From Candidatus Latescibacterota bacterium (GTDB lineage: Bacteria; Latescibacterota; UBA2968; GCA-2709665): a stretch of DNA of 64,000 bases. Positions within the stretch are counted from its first letter, which is position 1; each line of letters starts with the position of its first letter. The DNA lies in the NCBI GenBank assembly GCA_965237675.1, contig OZ250150.1, positions 3,840,001-3,904,000 on the forward strand, in the 5' to 3' direction. The notes below the pieces were generated by a model. That model did not search any database and had not been told where the DNA came from. It was given only the letters and a program-made list of their open reading frames with translations. Below are positions 37,887 through 48,740 of the stretch, piece after piece. The translations under genes and the position numbers were made by a program.

Positions 37887-38900
37887 ATGGAAGCGCCGAC
37901 GGAATTGCTGGCGATCCACCCCCGTGTGCAGGCCACATTGCCAGGCAACCGTTTGTCGTTTGGGGCGCGGTTGAGGCGGGAGGGTATCGATCTCCGGCGC
38001 GAGAGACTGGAGACGCTGCAGATCAATGTCGGTAAGTTGTGCAACCAGGCATGCAGGCACTGCCACGTGGATGCCGGCCCGAATCGGACGGAAGTGATGA
38101 CGCGGGAGACGATGCAGTCGATCCTGGCGTTTCTCGCCGCGACAGATATTCCAACGGTGGATATTACCGGCGGAGCCCCGGAGGTGAACCCTCATTTTAG
38201 ATATCTGGTGAAACAGATCCGAGGCCTTGGTCGCAACGTGATGGTGAGATGCAACCTGACGGTGATATTCGAACCGGGTATGGAAAATCTGCCGGGCTTC
38301 TACCGTGAACACAATGTGGAGTTGGTCTGCTCTCTTCCCTGTTATCTGGAGGAAAACGTAGATCAGCAACGTGGCAAAGGTGTGTTTTCCGACAGCATCG
38401 AGGCGCTTCGACGGCTTAATTCGATCGGTTACGGAAAGCCGGATACAGACCTGCAGCTGCATCTGGTGTACAATCCGGTGGGCGCCACGCTTCCCCCGCC
38501 GCAGGCCGAACTCGAGGCGGACTACAAGCGGGTTCTGGACGATCGCTACGGAATTGCGTTCAATCGACTCTTTACAATAACCAATATGCCGATCAGCCGG
38601 TTTAACGACTATTTACGGCGTCGGGGGGAGTACGACGGCTACACGCAGACGTTGCATGACCATTTCAACGCGAAAACGATCGATCGACTGATGTGTCGGT
38701 TTCTCGTGAGCGTAGACTGGGAAGGCAACATCTACGACTGCGATTTCAACCAGATGCTGGATATGCATCTGTCCGGCAAGCCAAAAAAACTGTGGGAGGT
38801 GTCACCGCGGTGGTTAAACGATAGAAGGATCCGGATCGCCGACCACTGCTATGGTTGCACGGCTGGCGCAGGTAGCAGCTGCGGCGGAGAGTTGACCTGA
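37887..38900 (+). CDS. arsS: Radical SAM protein, ArsS/DUF3641 family
   Basis: [18 protein letters not shown] (CxxxCxxC), [37 protein letters not shown]; AAGGAG RBS. Confidence 0.88.
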   Translation: MEAPTELLAIHPRVQATLPGNRLSFGARLRREGIDLRRERLETLQINVGKLCNQACRHCHVDAGPNRTEVMTRETMQSILAFLAATDIPTVDITGGAPEVNPHFRYLVKQIRGLGRNVMVRCNLTVIFEPGMENLPGFYREHNVELVCSLPCYLEENVDQQRGKGVFSDSIEALRRLNSIGYGKPDTDLQLHLVYNPVGATLPPPQAELEADYKRVLDDRYGIAFNRLFTITNMPISRFNDYLRRRGEYDGYTQTLHDHFNAKTIDRLMCRFLVSVDWEGNIYDCDFNQMLDMHLSGKPKKLWEVSPRWLNDRRIRIADHCYGCTAGAGSSCGGELT

Positions 38901-38944
38901 GAGACGGTAATGCGCATGAGAGGTCAGGCGGAAAGGCTATGATG

Positions 38945-39123
38945 GGGTCGGCCATCGCTTTGACAGCCAGCGGATTCAGGGTCGTGGGGTGGGTGCCCGC
39001 GCTTAGAGAGTCGAAGCGGTTTCCGGCGACGTGCCGGAGAATACCTTCCGCCATCTGGCTCCGGCACGAGTTTCCGGTGCAGAGGAATAATATTCGTTTT
39101 ATTGAGGTAGTCGCGGAGATCAT
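38945..39123 (-). pseudogene. arsC: Truncated arsenate reductase ArsC (LMW-PTP fold) remnant
   Basis: [19 protein letters not shown]...[16 protein letters not shown], after which homology stops at about 58 aa; ATG 39123 overlaps the upstream stop (ATGA). Confidence 0.8.
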
Positions 39124-41621
39124 CCACGCGGTTCGGACGGGATGACCTCGATTGGAAGGGTAATCGATGATGGCGGCAGGCATCGGGTGGCATCGCAGGC
39201 CTGAAATTCCAGAACCAGGTGCAGCCGGACGACGCCGGACCGATAACCCCCAATTTTGAGTGTCGCGGGAATCGTGACTTCGCCTTCGTAAACGTCCAGA
39301 GGCTGATCGGCAAAAGCGAAGCGGATGCGCTTCGCCGACGGATACGAAATCTCCATGACGTCGAACGGGTGTTCGGAAGAAATGCTCAGCGTCGTTGGAA
39401 CCAGGAAATCCAATGTCGCGGGGTTGGCGTTGATGTGCCAGCCTTTTTTTATCGTCAGTGTCACAACGAGTTCAAGCCGACCCCCGGCCGCTGGGGGGTG
39501 GGACAGCACGAATGCCCTTGCGTTCACGGCTTCATGGCTGGCAGCAAGGATCGGAACGTTGGTTTCCGGTACGCCGGGCGCCTCCGTCCCGGGTGCATTC
39601 GGCGTGGGCGCCGGCGTATTCGTCTCGAGGTAACGCAACAGGCCGTGATACATATTGTTGAAACCGCTCTGGCTCGTTTGCATCAGGGAACTGAAGGCCT
39701 GCAGCGACCGCGACGCCAAGTCCATATACTCCCTTTTCTTGGTCAGGTTGTGGAGGCTGAGCAAGGCGTGCACCGCAACCGAATTTCCCGAGGGGATGGC
39801 GCCGTCGTAGGGTTTCTTGATACGCGTGATGAGGTGTTCAACGCCGCTGGTGAAAAAAAAGCCGCCTCCGTCGTCGTCCCAGTAAAGGCTGCGCATTCGC
39901 TCCGACAGTGCTTCGGCGTCTCTGAGGTACCGGGACTCTCCCGAAGCCTGGTAGAGCGACACCAGGCCCTGGATGAGAAACGCATAGTCCTCCTGAAAGG
40001 CGGTCTCTTTTACCTCTCCGTTGCGATAGATGCGCAGGAGGTTGCCGTCTCTGTCGCGCATGCGCCCCAGGACAAAGTTCGCCGCCCTGCGAGCGGCTCG
40101 CAGATAGGGCGGAGAATTCAATGTTGCGTATGCATCGGCAAAGGCCGCAATCATCAAACCATTCCACGCGGTGATTATCTTATCGTCCAGCAGCGGCCGA
40201 TCTCGCTGTTCTCTGGCGGACAGCAGTTTTTGCTTGAGCGGCCGGAGCCGGTCCCGGAGATCGTCGTACGGTAGCGACAATGCGTCTGCCGCCGCGCCCA
40301 GGGTTGTTGGCATGTAGAGGACCATTCCGTCGCCTTCCGGCATTCGCGCGAGGCTGTAGACCTTGAGGAAGAGGTCTGCGTCCTCTTTGAGAATACTCCG
40401 AATCGCGGTTGGGTTCCAGAGATAGTAATGACCTTCCTTACCGCTGGTTTCCGAATCCAGGGCGGAATAGAAGGCGCCTTCGGGCGAGGTCATTTCCCGC
40501 GTGACGTATCGGAGAATATCCTCTGCCGTATGCCGATAATCCGGATTACGGGAAATCTGATACGCGCGGAGGTAAATCCGGGTCAACTGGGCCTGATTGT
40601 AGAGCATTTTCTCAAAATGAGGTACAAACCATCCCCGATCGGTGGCGTAGCGATGGAAACCGCCGCCCAGGTGATCAAAAATGCCGCCCGCGGCCATATT
40701 GTCCAGTGTGCCCGTCACGATGTCCAGGAGTTCCCGGTTGTTCCGGTGCTGGTGTTGAGACATGAGCAGGTCGAGTGCCTGGTCGGGTGGAAATTTTGGT
40801 GCGTCTCCAAATCCTCCGTGGACGGGGTCGTAGGATTGCACTAGTCTGTCAATAGACCGTTCCAAGGTGCTGTGGTTTAGTGAGATATCGGCTGTTTGGG
40901 GGCGAGGAACCAGATGGATTTTCTCCATGGCCGAGGAGATGTACCTGGATTGTGCAATGACATCCGGCCTTCGGTCTGCCCACGCGTTCCGGATGACCTG
41001 GAGCACGCGGGGAAAGCCAGGCCGGTTGTAACGGGGATCGTCCTTCGGCGGGAAATAGGTGCCCGCAAAAAACGGATTGAGTTCGGGAGTGAGGAAAACA
41101 GAGTTCGGCCATCCGCCGTGCCCCGTGATGATTCTGGTTGCCGTCATGTAGATTTCGTCGACGTCGGGCCGCTCTTCCCGGTCCACCTTGATGTTGACGA
41201 AGTGCCCGTTCATTTGTTCGGCAATCGTGGAATCCGAAAAAACAAGGCGTTCCATCACGTGGCACCAGTAGCAGGTGGCGTATCCTACCGAAAGGAAAAT
41301 GGGTTTGTCTTCCCGGCGGGCCCGCTGGATCGCCTCAGTTCCCCATGGATACCAATCCACCGGGTTGTGGGCATGCAGCAGCAGATAGGGGCTGGTTTCA
41401 TGTACGAGTCGGTTGGTATATTTCCAGGAACCGTCTGCTTCTTTGAGGGAGTGCGCAGCCCCGTCGGTGTTCGAGTCGGGCACGGCTGCGTGGGAACTGC
41501 CGGGACCTGGCGAAGCCTGCGCCGAAAACTCCGTACGGCAAACCGTGCCGATTGTCAAAGGGAGGACCATCGCAGCCACGATCGCATGACGAACCGGCCC
41601 GAATGAATTCAGATAGGACAT
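39120..41621 (-). CDS. DUF255 thioredoxin / YyaL (SPATA20-like) protein with a C-terminal DsbD-N-like domain
   Basis: [57 protein letters not shown]; C-terminal GWHINAN...YEGEV...QACD..RCLPP. Confidence 0.9.
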   Translation of the reverse strand: MSYLNSFGPVRHAIVAAMVLPLTIGTVCRTEFSAQASPGPGSSHAAVPDSNTDGAAHSLKEADGSWKYTNRLVHETSPYLLLHAHNPVDWYPWGTEAIQRARREDKPIFLSVGYATCYWCHVMERLVFSDSTIAEQMNGHFVNIKVDREERPDVDEIYMTATRIITGHGGWPNSVFLTPELNPFFAGTYFPPKDDPRYNRPGFPRVLQVIRNAWADRRPDVIAQSRYISSAMEKIHLVPRPQTADISLNHSTLERSIDRLVQSYDPVHGGFGDAPKFPPDQALDLLMSQHQHRNNRELLDIVTGTLDNMAAGGIFDHLGGGFHRYATDRGWFVPHFEKMLYNQAQLTRIYLRAYQISRNPDYRHTAEDILRYVTREMTSPEGAFYSALDSETSGKEGHYYLWNPTAIRSILKEDADLFLKVYSLARMPEGDGMVLYMPTTLGAAADALSLPYDDLRDRLRPLKQKLLSAREQRDRPLLDDKIITAWNGLMIAAFADAYATLNSPPYLRAARRAANFVLGRMRDRDGNLLRIYRNGEVKETAFQEDYAFLIQGLVSLYQASGESRYLRDAEALSERMRSLYWDDDGGGFFFTSGVEHLITRIKKPYDGAIPSGNSVAVHALLSLHNLTKKREYMDLASRSLQAFSSLMQTSQSGFNNMYHGLLRYLETNTPAPTPNAPGTEAPGVPETNVPILAASHEAVNARAFVLSHPPAAGGRLELVVTLTIKKGWHINANPATLDFLVPTTLSISSEHPFDVMEISYPSAKRIRFAFADQPLDVYEGEVTIPATLKIGGYRSGVVRLHLVLEFQACDATRCLPPSSITLPIEVIPSEPRG

Positions 41622-41729
41622 ATTATTGGATCAATAAGACCTGGAGAGTCCTGAGTTTCACCGTTTGCTGCGGCGAACCCCAGGATGAGTACTGGGGAAA
41701 TTACGAAAGGGAACCCACGATCGAGGAGG

Positions 41730-42977
41730 CTAGCGAGTGAACGCGCGTCTGATTTTACCCACCGCCTCCACGATGTCGTCCATGTCTTCTCGCGTGCCCA
41801 GGAGCATGGACTGGTAGAACCATACGCTGTACCTGCACGCATGCTCAACTCTCGGACAGGGTAGCCTGCGCACGAGACCGGGGTATTGTTCCGAGACGCT
41901 CTTTAAGGCCCCCTCGTCCGTGAGCGGTCGCTGATAACCGGGCGTACAGTCAATGCCTTCGGCTGTCAGGGCTTTTACGAATTCCTCCCGGCTTTGGCCG
42001 CCGAAATGCTCCGGATGGTAAAGCAGCATGTAGAGATGGTAACCGTGCTGCGTGACCCACGGACGCAGCGCCGGTGGGGTGACGCCGCCGACATTTCGCA
42101 GCGCGCTGGAGAGATGTGCTGCGTTCCTGCGCCGGGTCTCGGTCTGAAGTTGCAACCTCTTGAGACGAATAAGAAGGATGGATGCGAGGTATTCGGAGGT
42201 TCGATAGTTCCATCCGTGCCGGGGATATTCCCATCGTTCGCCACCAGGGCGTCGACCCACGTCCTTGAAGGCGCATGCCCGGTCGTGAATATGCCGATGG
42301 TTGGTGACGAGGCAGCCGCCTTCGCCAACCGTAAGGTTCTTGCTTGACTGGAAGCTGTAGGCGCCAACGTCGCCGAGCGGTCCGACCTTCCGGCCATTGT
42401 GTTCGGTGCCGTGGGCCTGTGCAGCATCTTCAACAACCACGAGACCGTGTTTCTTGGCGATGGCATTCAGTGCATCCATATCTGCCGGGTGCCCGCCCAC
42501 GTGCACGGGAAGGATGCCCACGGTCCTCTCGGTTACGGCCGCTGCCACGGCGGCCGGGTCCAGGGTAAAACTCACGGGATCGATATCTACCAGTACAAGC
42601 TTGCATCTCACGGACAGGGCGGCACTGGCCGTAGCGATGAAGGTATAGTTGGGAATGATGATTTCCCCGCCTTCACGAAAGCCGTCGAGATCAAGCGCAC
42701 CGGCTATGGAGGCGGAAATCGCGTCGGTGCCATGGGGCATCATGATGCCGTACTTCGCACCGCAATAGGCCGCGAACGCCTGGCCGAACCGATCGCTCCT
42801 GCTTGCCGGAAGCCCCTCTGTCTTTCCCATGTATACTTCCCGAAGCGCCGGCTCGATTTCGCTCTCCCACTCCACCTCGGAAGTGGCAGGCCAGGAGGGC
42901 CATGGATTCTCGAGCCGATTGCGTACGGGAGTACCCCCGTTCACCGCCAGCCGGTTTGCCGAAATCACGTTTGGCAT
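41730..42977 (-). CDS. DegT/DnrJ/EryC1/StrS family aminotransferase
   Basis: LAVNGGTPV, YTFIATA, EDAAQAHG, SFQSSKNL, GEGG, NYR; start at MPNVIS after AGGAG. Confidence 0.92.
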   Translation of the reverse strand: MPNVISANRLAVNGGTPVRNRLENPWPSWPATSEVEWESEIEPALREVYMGKTEGLPASRSDRFGQAFAAYCGAKYGIMMPHGTDAISASIAGALDLDGFREGGEIIIPNYTFIATASAALSVRCKLVLVDIDPVSFTLDPAAVAAAVTERTVGILPVHVGGHPADMDALNAIAKKHGLVVVEDAAQAHGTEHNGRKVGPLGDVGAYSFQSSKNLTVGEGGCLVTNHRHIHDRACAFKDVGRRPGGERWEYPRHGWNYRTSEYLASILLIRLKRLQLQTETRRRNAAHLSSALRNVGGVTPPALRPWVTQHGYHLYMLLYHPEHFGGQSREEFVKALTAEGIDCTPGYQRPLTDEGALKSVSEQYPGLVRRLPCPRVEHACRYSVWFYQSMLLGTREDMDDIVEAVGKIRRAFTR

Positions 42978-43135
42978 CGGTACTCCTGAGAGAGTCCCAG
43001 GATTTATCCCGGTTTTGTTCCTGCTATGAACGGTGCGCTTACACCGTTGAAGGAAGCCGAATAACCAGGGGACGTCAACTCGCCTGGCGGAAAGTAGGTC
43101 GGCGGGCAATCGCCAGGTCCTACAACGTGAAATGA

Positions 43136-44371
43136 TCAATCCGCCACGAGTTCGCAGGCAGCCGCGCGGACCAGCTTCTCGCCTTCGACGGCAAGCCCCG
43201 CATATCTGGGCTCCATGCCGCCTTCACGGTGGGCCCGGCGGGTACTCAGGTAACCGACGTCGGCTGTCGGACCGGACAGAACGATGGTGAGTTTCCCATG
43301 TGCCGCCGCCCTGATCGCCCGCGCGGTTTCAACAAAGATCTCACCTGGAAGGTGGACAATGTTGACGCCGCACGCGGAGACTCGTGTGATCGTATAGTCC
43401 AGATCTTGCCTGCCGGTCGTATAGTGGCGACTGCCGTAGGCCTGAAATCGCTGCAGCCCGTCCGACCTCTTCGGCGTCGTTGTCAGTTCGGCCTCGACGG
43501 CATCGGGATCCTTGTAAGAAAATGTGGGCACCTGGACGGTCTTCTGGGTGACGCGGAATTTACCGGAACCGTTCATACGCGCCTGTTCCAAGGCGTAGAG
43601 TGCCGCCCCTCCGACGCTGTTGCCCACGCGCTTATACGTACGGCCGGCCCGGCTGACAGGTACCACGTTTCCGATACTGCCGGGAAGAAACAACGCATTG
43701 ACGCCCGCGGCCTCGACCACGTCGCGGGCGACGCCGGGATAATCGGCGGAAATATGCCCGTACTTGTCGGTGTTGCACAGCGCATGACAGCCGAAAACGA
43801 ACGCGCAATGGTTTGGATTACCCTCGGCATCGTCAATTCGCAGCACGTATACGTTGTCGTCCACTTCGGCATAGGTGAGTTCGGGACGAGGGTAGGGAAA
43901 TTTGAAGTTGCTCATCACCAGGTTTCCGTCCTGATCGTATGAGCGCCGGTTATATAGAATGTTGGGGGCGGAACTGACACCGACGCCCAACTGCGAGGGT
44001 CGCATCGCGAGGGCGGCTTTACGGACCGCCGCCGCCATATTGTCCGCGAAAAAATCCTCCCTGCCGTAATACTTGAGCATCTCGCAGGGTATGCTGACAT
44101 ATGATTGAAATAAAATGGGCGTCGTGCCAACGTGAGAAGCACAGGGCAGGATCTGCCGGAGATTCAGCCAGGCGATGTCCTCAAGGCGTTCCCTGACGCG
44201 TGCCATGAGATCCTCTTCGATGCTGAAACAATCCCCGGCCAGGAGCGTGACGTTGGTGTCTCCGTTCCGAAGGATCAAGGCACGGAAGGAGATCGGATCG
44301 TAGACTCGAAAAGAGCCATCTGACGGTTCTTCTGGCGTAAAGTCCTGAATACCAAAGCCGGTTTCCAGCAC
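43136..44371 (-). CDS. Neutral/alkaline ceramidase-like hypothetical hydrolase
   Basis: DFTP..VYDP, ASH, YNRR, GCHA, ISADYPG, GSIGNV.P, LPGEIF, GYL..R.A..EGG.E. Confidence 0.7.
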   Translation of the reverse strand: MLETGFGIQDFTPEEPSDGSFRVYDPISFRALILRNGDTNVTLLAGDCFSIEEDLMARVRERLEDIAWLNLRQILPCASHVGTTPILFQSYVSIPCEMLKYYGREDFFADNMAAAVRKAALAMRPSQLGVGVSSAPNILYNRRSYDQDGNLVMSNFKFPYPRPELTYAEVDDNVYVLRIDDAEGNPNHCAFVFGCHALCNTDKYGHISADYPGVARDVVEAAGVNALFLPGSIGNVVPVSRAGRTYKRVGNSVGGAALYALEQARMNGSGKFRVTQKTVQVPTFSYKDPDAVEAELTTTPKRSDGLQRFQAYGSRHYTTGRQDLDYTITRVSACGVNIVHLPGEIFVETARAIRAAAHGKLTIVLSGPTADVGYLSTRRAHREGGMEPRYAGLAVEGEKLVRAAACELVAD

Positions 44372-44481
44372 GGTGAGCCCCGTCGATTGTCATTGAGGTA
44401 AGAAGGTGGTTTATTGATAGGGTTATTTTCACGGGGCGTCAAGCGTTTTAGTGCCGTGCACACGCCGTCGGGCGGTGAACC

Positions 44482-44510
44482 TTGACGTATCCGTCGGTAT
44501 GGGTTACATT
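44482..44510 (+). promoter_or_regulatory. Putative sigma70 promoter
   Basis: TTGACG-N17-TACATT upstream of the FAD/Fe-S oxidase. Confidence 0.55.
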
Positions 44511-44631
44511 ATCGACTTGCTCGCGCCGTTAAGGCCGGTCTACGCCGTAGTGCTATGGGTGCGAAGGACCACCCCGGAGCGAATGGAGGTCGAGGGCCAA
44601 CGGTGTTACGTGAATAAGCAAGGGAGATGTG

Positions 44632-47499
44632 ATGAAGGACCTGTCGACAGCGCTTGAACGGGAAATAGCGGGAGAGGTTCGATTCGATAAGGCTTCGCGG
44701 ATATTATACAGCACCGATGCAAGCATGTACCAGATCGAACCGATGGGCGTTGTTCTTCCCAAGCATCGAAGGGACGTCGTACGGGTCATGCGGCTCGCCC
44801 GGGAGTTCGGGGTACCCGTATTGCCACGCGGCGGCGGGACGGCGCTTGCCGGACAGAGCGTGGGCCGTGCGGTGATTATGGATCTGTCCAAATTCATGAA
44901 TGACATCCTCGAACTGAACGAGGAGGAGGGGTGGGTGCGGGTACAGCCGGGGGTTGTGCTGGACGAACTGAATGCACATCTGAAACCGAGTGGCCTGCAA
45001 TTCGCCCCGGATGTGGCTACGAGCAGTCGAGCGACGATCGGGGGGATGATCGGCAACAATTCGGCGGGGGCCCATTCGGTGATTTACGGGAAGACCATCG
45101 ACCACGTTCTGGAACTGAAGGTGGCGCTCGCCGACGGCACAGAGACCCTGTTCCGGGAAATGTCCGACGAGGAAGTTGCCGGGAAGTCGAAACAGTCCGA
45201 TCTGGAAGGCCGTGCATACCTGGAGGTCATCCGTCTTGCCCGGAAACACAGAGCGGAGATTGAGCGCAGATATCCGAAGATTCTGCGGCGCGTGGGCGGT
45301 TACAACCTCGATGAATTCACCAAGGCGCAACCCTTTAATATGTGCCGGATGATTGTGGGGTCTGAGGGCACTCTCGCCACCGTACTGGAAGCCAAACTGC
45401 GTGTGATCCCCCTTCCCCGCGCGAAGGTTTTGGGCGTGGTCCAGTTCGAGGATCTGATCGAGTCTATGGCGGCAGTCGCGCCCATTCTGGAAACCGGACC
45501 TGCGGCGGTGGAACTGGTAGACCGCATGATACTGGAGCAGACCAGAGGATCGATGGCGTTGTCCAGGGAACGCGGCTGGGTTGAGGGAGATCCCAAAGCG
45601 GTGCTTGTGGTGGAGTATTATGGGGATTCGGCTGAGGCGCTGATACCTCGACTGGAGATACTCGAGGCCACCATGTCAAAACATGGACTCGGATATGGAT
45701 TCCGACGGGCGGTTTCGGCCACGGAACAGGCGAATGTATGGAACGTGCGTCAATCGGGCCTGGGATTGCTGATGGGCGTCAAAGGGGATTCCAAACCGGT
45801 GGCGTTTGTGGAAGATTCGGCGGTTTCACCTGAGAAACTGCCGGACTACATTGGCGAGTTCGAGCGGATTGTTCGGGAACACGATACGACGGCGGGGTAC
45901 TACGCGCATGCCAGCGTGGGATTGCTTCACATCCGGCCGATCGTGGATTTGAAGACAGCTACCGGCGTTGCGAAAATGCGGTCTATCGCGGAGGCCGTTC
46001 TGGATCTGGTGCTGAGATACGGCGGCGCGATGAGCGGTGAACACGGTGATGGCCTGGCTCGAAGCTGCTGGAATGAACGGATGTTCGGATCCACGCTCTA
46101 CAATGCGTTCCGGAACATCAAACGTGCGTTCGACCCCCATGGTCTGATGAATCCGGGAAAGATCGTGGACGCACCCATGATGACCGAAAACCTGCGTTTC
46201 GGACCCGCATACAGGGCCCTGGAGCCCCGGACCCATTTCGACTTTTCGGCCGATGGCGGATTTCACCGGGCAGTGGAAATGTGCAACGGCGTGGGTGCAT
46301 GCCGCAAAAAACTTCACGGAACAATGTGCCCTTCCTATATGGCGACACTCGAAGAGGCCCATTCCACGCGCGGTAGGGCAAATGCGCTCCGTGCCGCCAT
46401 TTCAGGTGGTCTTGAGGGAGGGCTGGCTGACGATCGGGTGTACGAGATCCTGGACCTGTGCCTGGAGTGCAAGGCGTGCAAGGCGGAATGCCCCTCCAAC
46501 GTAGACATGGCCAAGATCAAGTATGAATTCCTTGCACATTATTACGACACGCACGGAAGACCGCTGAGGGAATGGTTGTTCGGCAATATCGAAACCGTGA
46601 ACCGGGCCGGGTGCGCGCTGGCACCTGTTTCGAATTGGATTGCCAGGACGAAGATTGCGCGGCTGGGTATGCAGTTGCTGGGTATCGCGCCGAAAAGGGA
46701 ATTGCCGCCGTTCGCGCGGCGGACGTTCACGGATTGGTTTGCCGGGCGCAAGAAACGGCCGCGCGAACGGAAGGTGGTGCTCTTCAACGATACGTATCTG
46801 ACGTTCAATGAACCCGATATCGGCATTTCGGCCACGCGTTTTCTTGAGGCTGCGGGTTTTGAGGTGATCCTGCCCACAAAGCGGTGTTGTGGCAGGCCGC
46901 TCCTGTCCAGTGGCATGATTGAGCAGGTAAAGGAGAATCTGGCGTTCAACGTGCGGCACCTGCACCCGTACATCGTGCAGGGATACGATATCGTGGGTTT
47001 TGAACCCAGTTGCGTCTCAATGTTGACGGACGACTATCCGGACCTGAGCCCGGATCCCCGGGCCCGGGAGGTGGCCGAGCGGTGCTATACGCTGGAGTCC
47101 TATCTGAGCCTGCTGGCGGAGCGCGGCGAGCTGCACGTTTCATTTTCGGATTTGAAGAAGGAGATACTTGTACACGGGCACTGCCATCAGAAGGCGCTCT
47201 GGGGCATCGGGCCGTCGCTCGAGGTGTTGAATTTGCCACCCGGATATACAGCATCAGCCATCGATTCGGCCTGCTGCGGTATGGCAGGCGCATTTGGTTA
47301 TCAGGCGGAGCACTACGATATTTCCCTGAAAATGGGTGAAGACCGGCTCTTGAAGGTTGTCCGTGCGGCGCGACCGGAGATCGAGGTCGCGGCTGCGGGG
47401 CTGTCGTGCAGGCAACAGATTCTCCATGCAACCGGACGGACCGCACGCCACCCGATTCAGATTTTGTGGGAGGCGGTTGCAACAGCGAGCGATGAATGA
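44632..47499 (+). CDS. FAD-linked oxidase with 4Fe-4S and CCG domains (YdiJ / GlcD-GlcF fusion type)
   Basis: PRGGGTALAGQ, GSEGTL, SGEHGDG, CNGVGAC, CLECKACKAECP, CCG, HGHCHQ. Confidence 0.92.
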   Translation: MKDLSTALEREIAGEVRFDKASRILYSTDASMYQIEPMGVVLPKHRRDVVRVMRLAREFGVPVLPRGGGTALAGQSVGRAVIMDLSKFMNDILELNEEEGWVRVQPGVVLDELNAHLKPSGLQFAPDVATSSRATIGGMIGNNSAGAHSVIYGKTIDHVLELKVALADGTETLFREMSDEEVAGKSKQSDLEGRAYLEVIRLARKHRAEIERRYPKILRRVGGYNLDEFTKAQPFNMCRMIVGSEGTLATVLEAKLRVIPLPRAKVLGVVQFEDLIESMAAVAPILETGPAAVELVDRMILEQTRGSMALSRERGWVEGDPKAVLVVEYYGDSAEALIPRLEILEATMSKHGLGYGFRRAVSATEQANVWNVRQSGLGLLMGVKGDSKPVAFVEDSAVSPEKLPDYIGEFERIVREHDTTAGYYAHASVGLLHIRPIVDLKTATGVAKMRSIAEAVLDLVLRYGGAMSGEHGDGLARSCWNERMFGSTLYNAFRNIKRAFDPHGLMNPGKIVDAPMMTENLRFGPAYRALEPRTHFDFSADGGFHRAVEMCNGVGACRKKLHGTMCPSYMATLEEAHSTRGRANALRAAISGGLEGGLADDRVYEILDLCLECKACKAECPSNVDMAKIKYEFLAHYYDTHGRPLREWLFGNIETVNRAGCALAPVSNWIARTKIARLGMQLLGIAPKRELPPFARRTFTDWFAGRKKRPRERKVVLFNDTYLTFNEPDIGISATRFLEAAGFEVILPTKRCCGRPLLSSGMIEQVKENLAFNVRHLHPYIVQGYDIVGFEPSCVSMLTDDYPDLSPDPRAREVAERCYTLESYLSLLAERGELHVSFSDLKKEILVHGHCHQKALWGIGPSLEVLNLPPGYTASAIDSACCGMAGAFGYQAEHYDISLKMGEDRLLKVVRAARPEIEVAAAGLSCRQQILHATGRTARHPIQILWEAVATASDE

Positions 47500-47777
47500 G
47501 TTCCCCTCAGCGAATCTATGTCCGTGTAAAGGGTGCGGTTCAGGGTGTGGGTTTTCGATTTTTCGTCCGCCGCATGGCGTGGAACCTGGGCCTCGTCGGA
47601 TACGTGCGCAACCTCGCCGATGGTAGTGTGGAGCTTGAAGCGGAAGGACAACCCTCTGGCGTATCCGCCCTGGTCGACGTGGTCGGTCAAGGGCCCCCCG
47701 GCGCCCGCGTGCGGGATACGACCACAGGATCACGTCCAGTTCAAAGATCCGAAACTGAATTTGAGATACGCTGGTAG
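47496..47777 (+). CDS. acyP: Acylphosphatase
   Basis: VKGAVQGVGFR, GYVRNLADGSVE, GPPGARV. Confidence 0.93.
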   Translation: MSSPQRIYVRVKGAVQGVGFRFFVRRMAWNLGLVGYVRNLADGSVELEAEGQPSGVSALVDVVGQGPPGARVRDTTTGSRPVQRSETEFEIRW

Positions 47778-47784
47778 ATAGGGG

Positions 47785-48303
47785 GTGTTTTTGAATCTAT
47801 CGGAACATATCCGAGAAGTACCCGATTTTCCAAAGCCGGGCATCCTGTTCAAGGATATCACAACCCTCCTGAAAGACCCCGCCGCGCTGGATGCCGCCAT
47901 TCGACGGCTGGCCGACCCTTACCGGAGTGCAGGGGTGTCGATTGTAGCCGGGATTGAGTCCAGAGGTTTCATTTTGGGCGCAGCTGTTGCTCGTGATCTG
48001 GGCGCGGGATTCGTACCCATCCGAAAGTCCGGCAAATTGCCCGCACAAACGGCGTCGGCGAGCTACAAGCTGGAATACGGCACGGACAGCATTGAAATTC
48101 ATACGGACGCTATCGTCCCCGGAGAGCTTGTACTTCTCATAGACGATTTGCTGGCGACGGGAGGCACCATGGAGGCCGCGGTCAATCTGGTAAAAGGACT
48201 CGGCGGCCAGGTCCTGGGTATCGCATTTTTGATTGAGTTGGCCGCACTGGACGGACGGTCGAGACTGAAGGGGGAAAACGTGATGGCGCTCGTTACCTAT
48301 TGA
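47785..48303 (+). CDS. apt: Adenine phosphoribosyltransferase
   Basis: PDFPKPGILFKDIT, ESRGF, RKSGKLP, LEYG, DDLLATGGT. Confidence 0.95.
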   Translation: MFLNLSEHIREVPDFPKPGILFKDITTLLKDPAALDAAIRRLADPYRSAGVSIVAGIESRGFILGAAVARDLGAGFVPIRKSGKLPAQTASASYKLEYGTDSIEIHTDAIVPGELVLLIDDLLATGGTMEAAVNLVKGLGGQVLGIAFLIELAALDGRSRLKGENVMALVTY

Positions 48304-48391
48304 GCACCCGCCGGCACCGTAGGTCGGCATCCGCTCCAACCGCCCCTCGATACCGGCGGAATAACTGAAAAGGTGTACATCTCGGGTCAAT

Positions 48392-48464
48392 GCCCCTGTA
48401 GCTCAGTGGATAGAGTAGCGGATTCCTAATCCGTTGGTCGCAGGTTCGAGTCCTGCCAGGGGTA
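48392..48464 (+). tRNA. tRNA-Arg(CCT), CCA not encoded
   Basis: GCCCCTGTAGCTCAGTGGATAGAGTAGCGGATTCCTAATCCGTTGGTCGCAGGTTCGAGTCCTGCCAGGGGTA. Confidence 0.96.
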
Positions 48465-48740
48465 TTTTATCCTTGCCGGAGCCGGGCGCGGTGCCTCGCC
48501 GTGCGGATAATTGTTCCTGGGGCAGCCTTCGTGGCAGGTTGCACATCCAGGTCATCCAGGCCGGCGTGCGCGCCTTTCGTGAATCGTCTGTTCTCGTATC
48601 GGGCGAATCGAGAAAGATCTTCCCCTACCGAAGAAAAAAGCCGATCGAACTATTTCCCTGAAAGACCCCGCAGGACGTTCACGGGACTGACGGCGAGCCT
48701 CGAGGCGGACGCCGGCATTAACGTGGGAACGTGAAAACTG

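Noticed and set aside
38871-38900. Selenocysteine in the ArsS C-terminal GSSxGG motif
   Set aside because: The codon is TGC (Cys); the terminal TGA follows a normal-length C-terminus.
38746-39183. 145-aa ORF as a full-length ArsC
   Set aside because: Only about 58 aa are ArsC-like; the rest is readthrough antisense to arsS.
48392-48740. tRNA-Arg as an island integration site; missing CCA
   Set aside because: No duplicated tRNA 3' end or integrase was seen, and tRNA genes without CCA are common.
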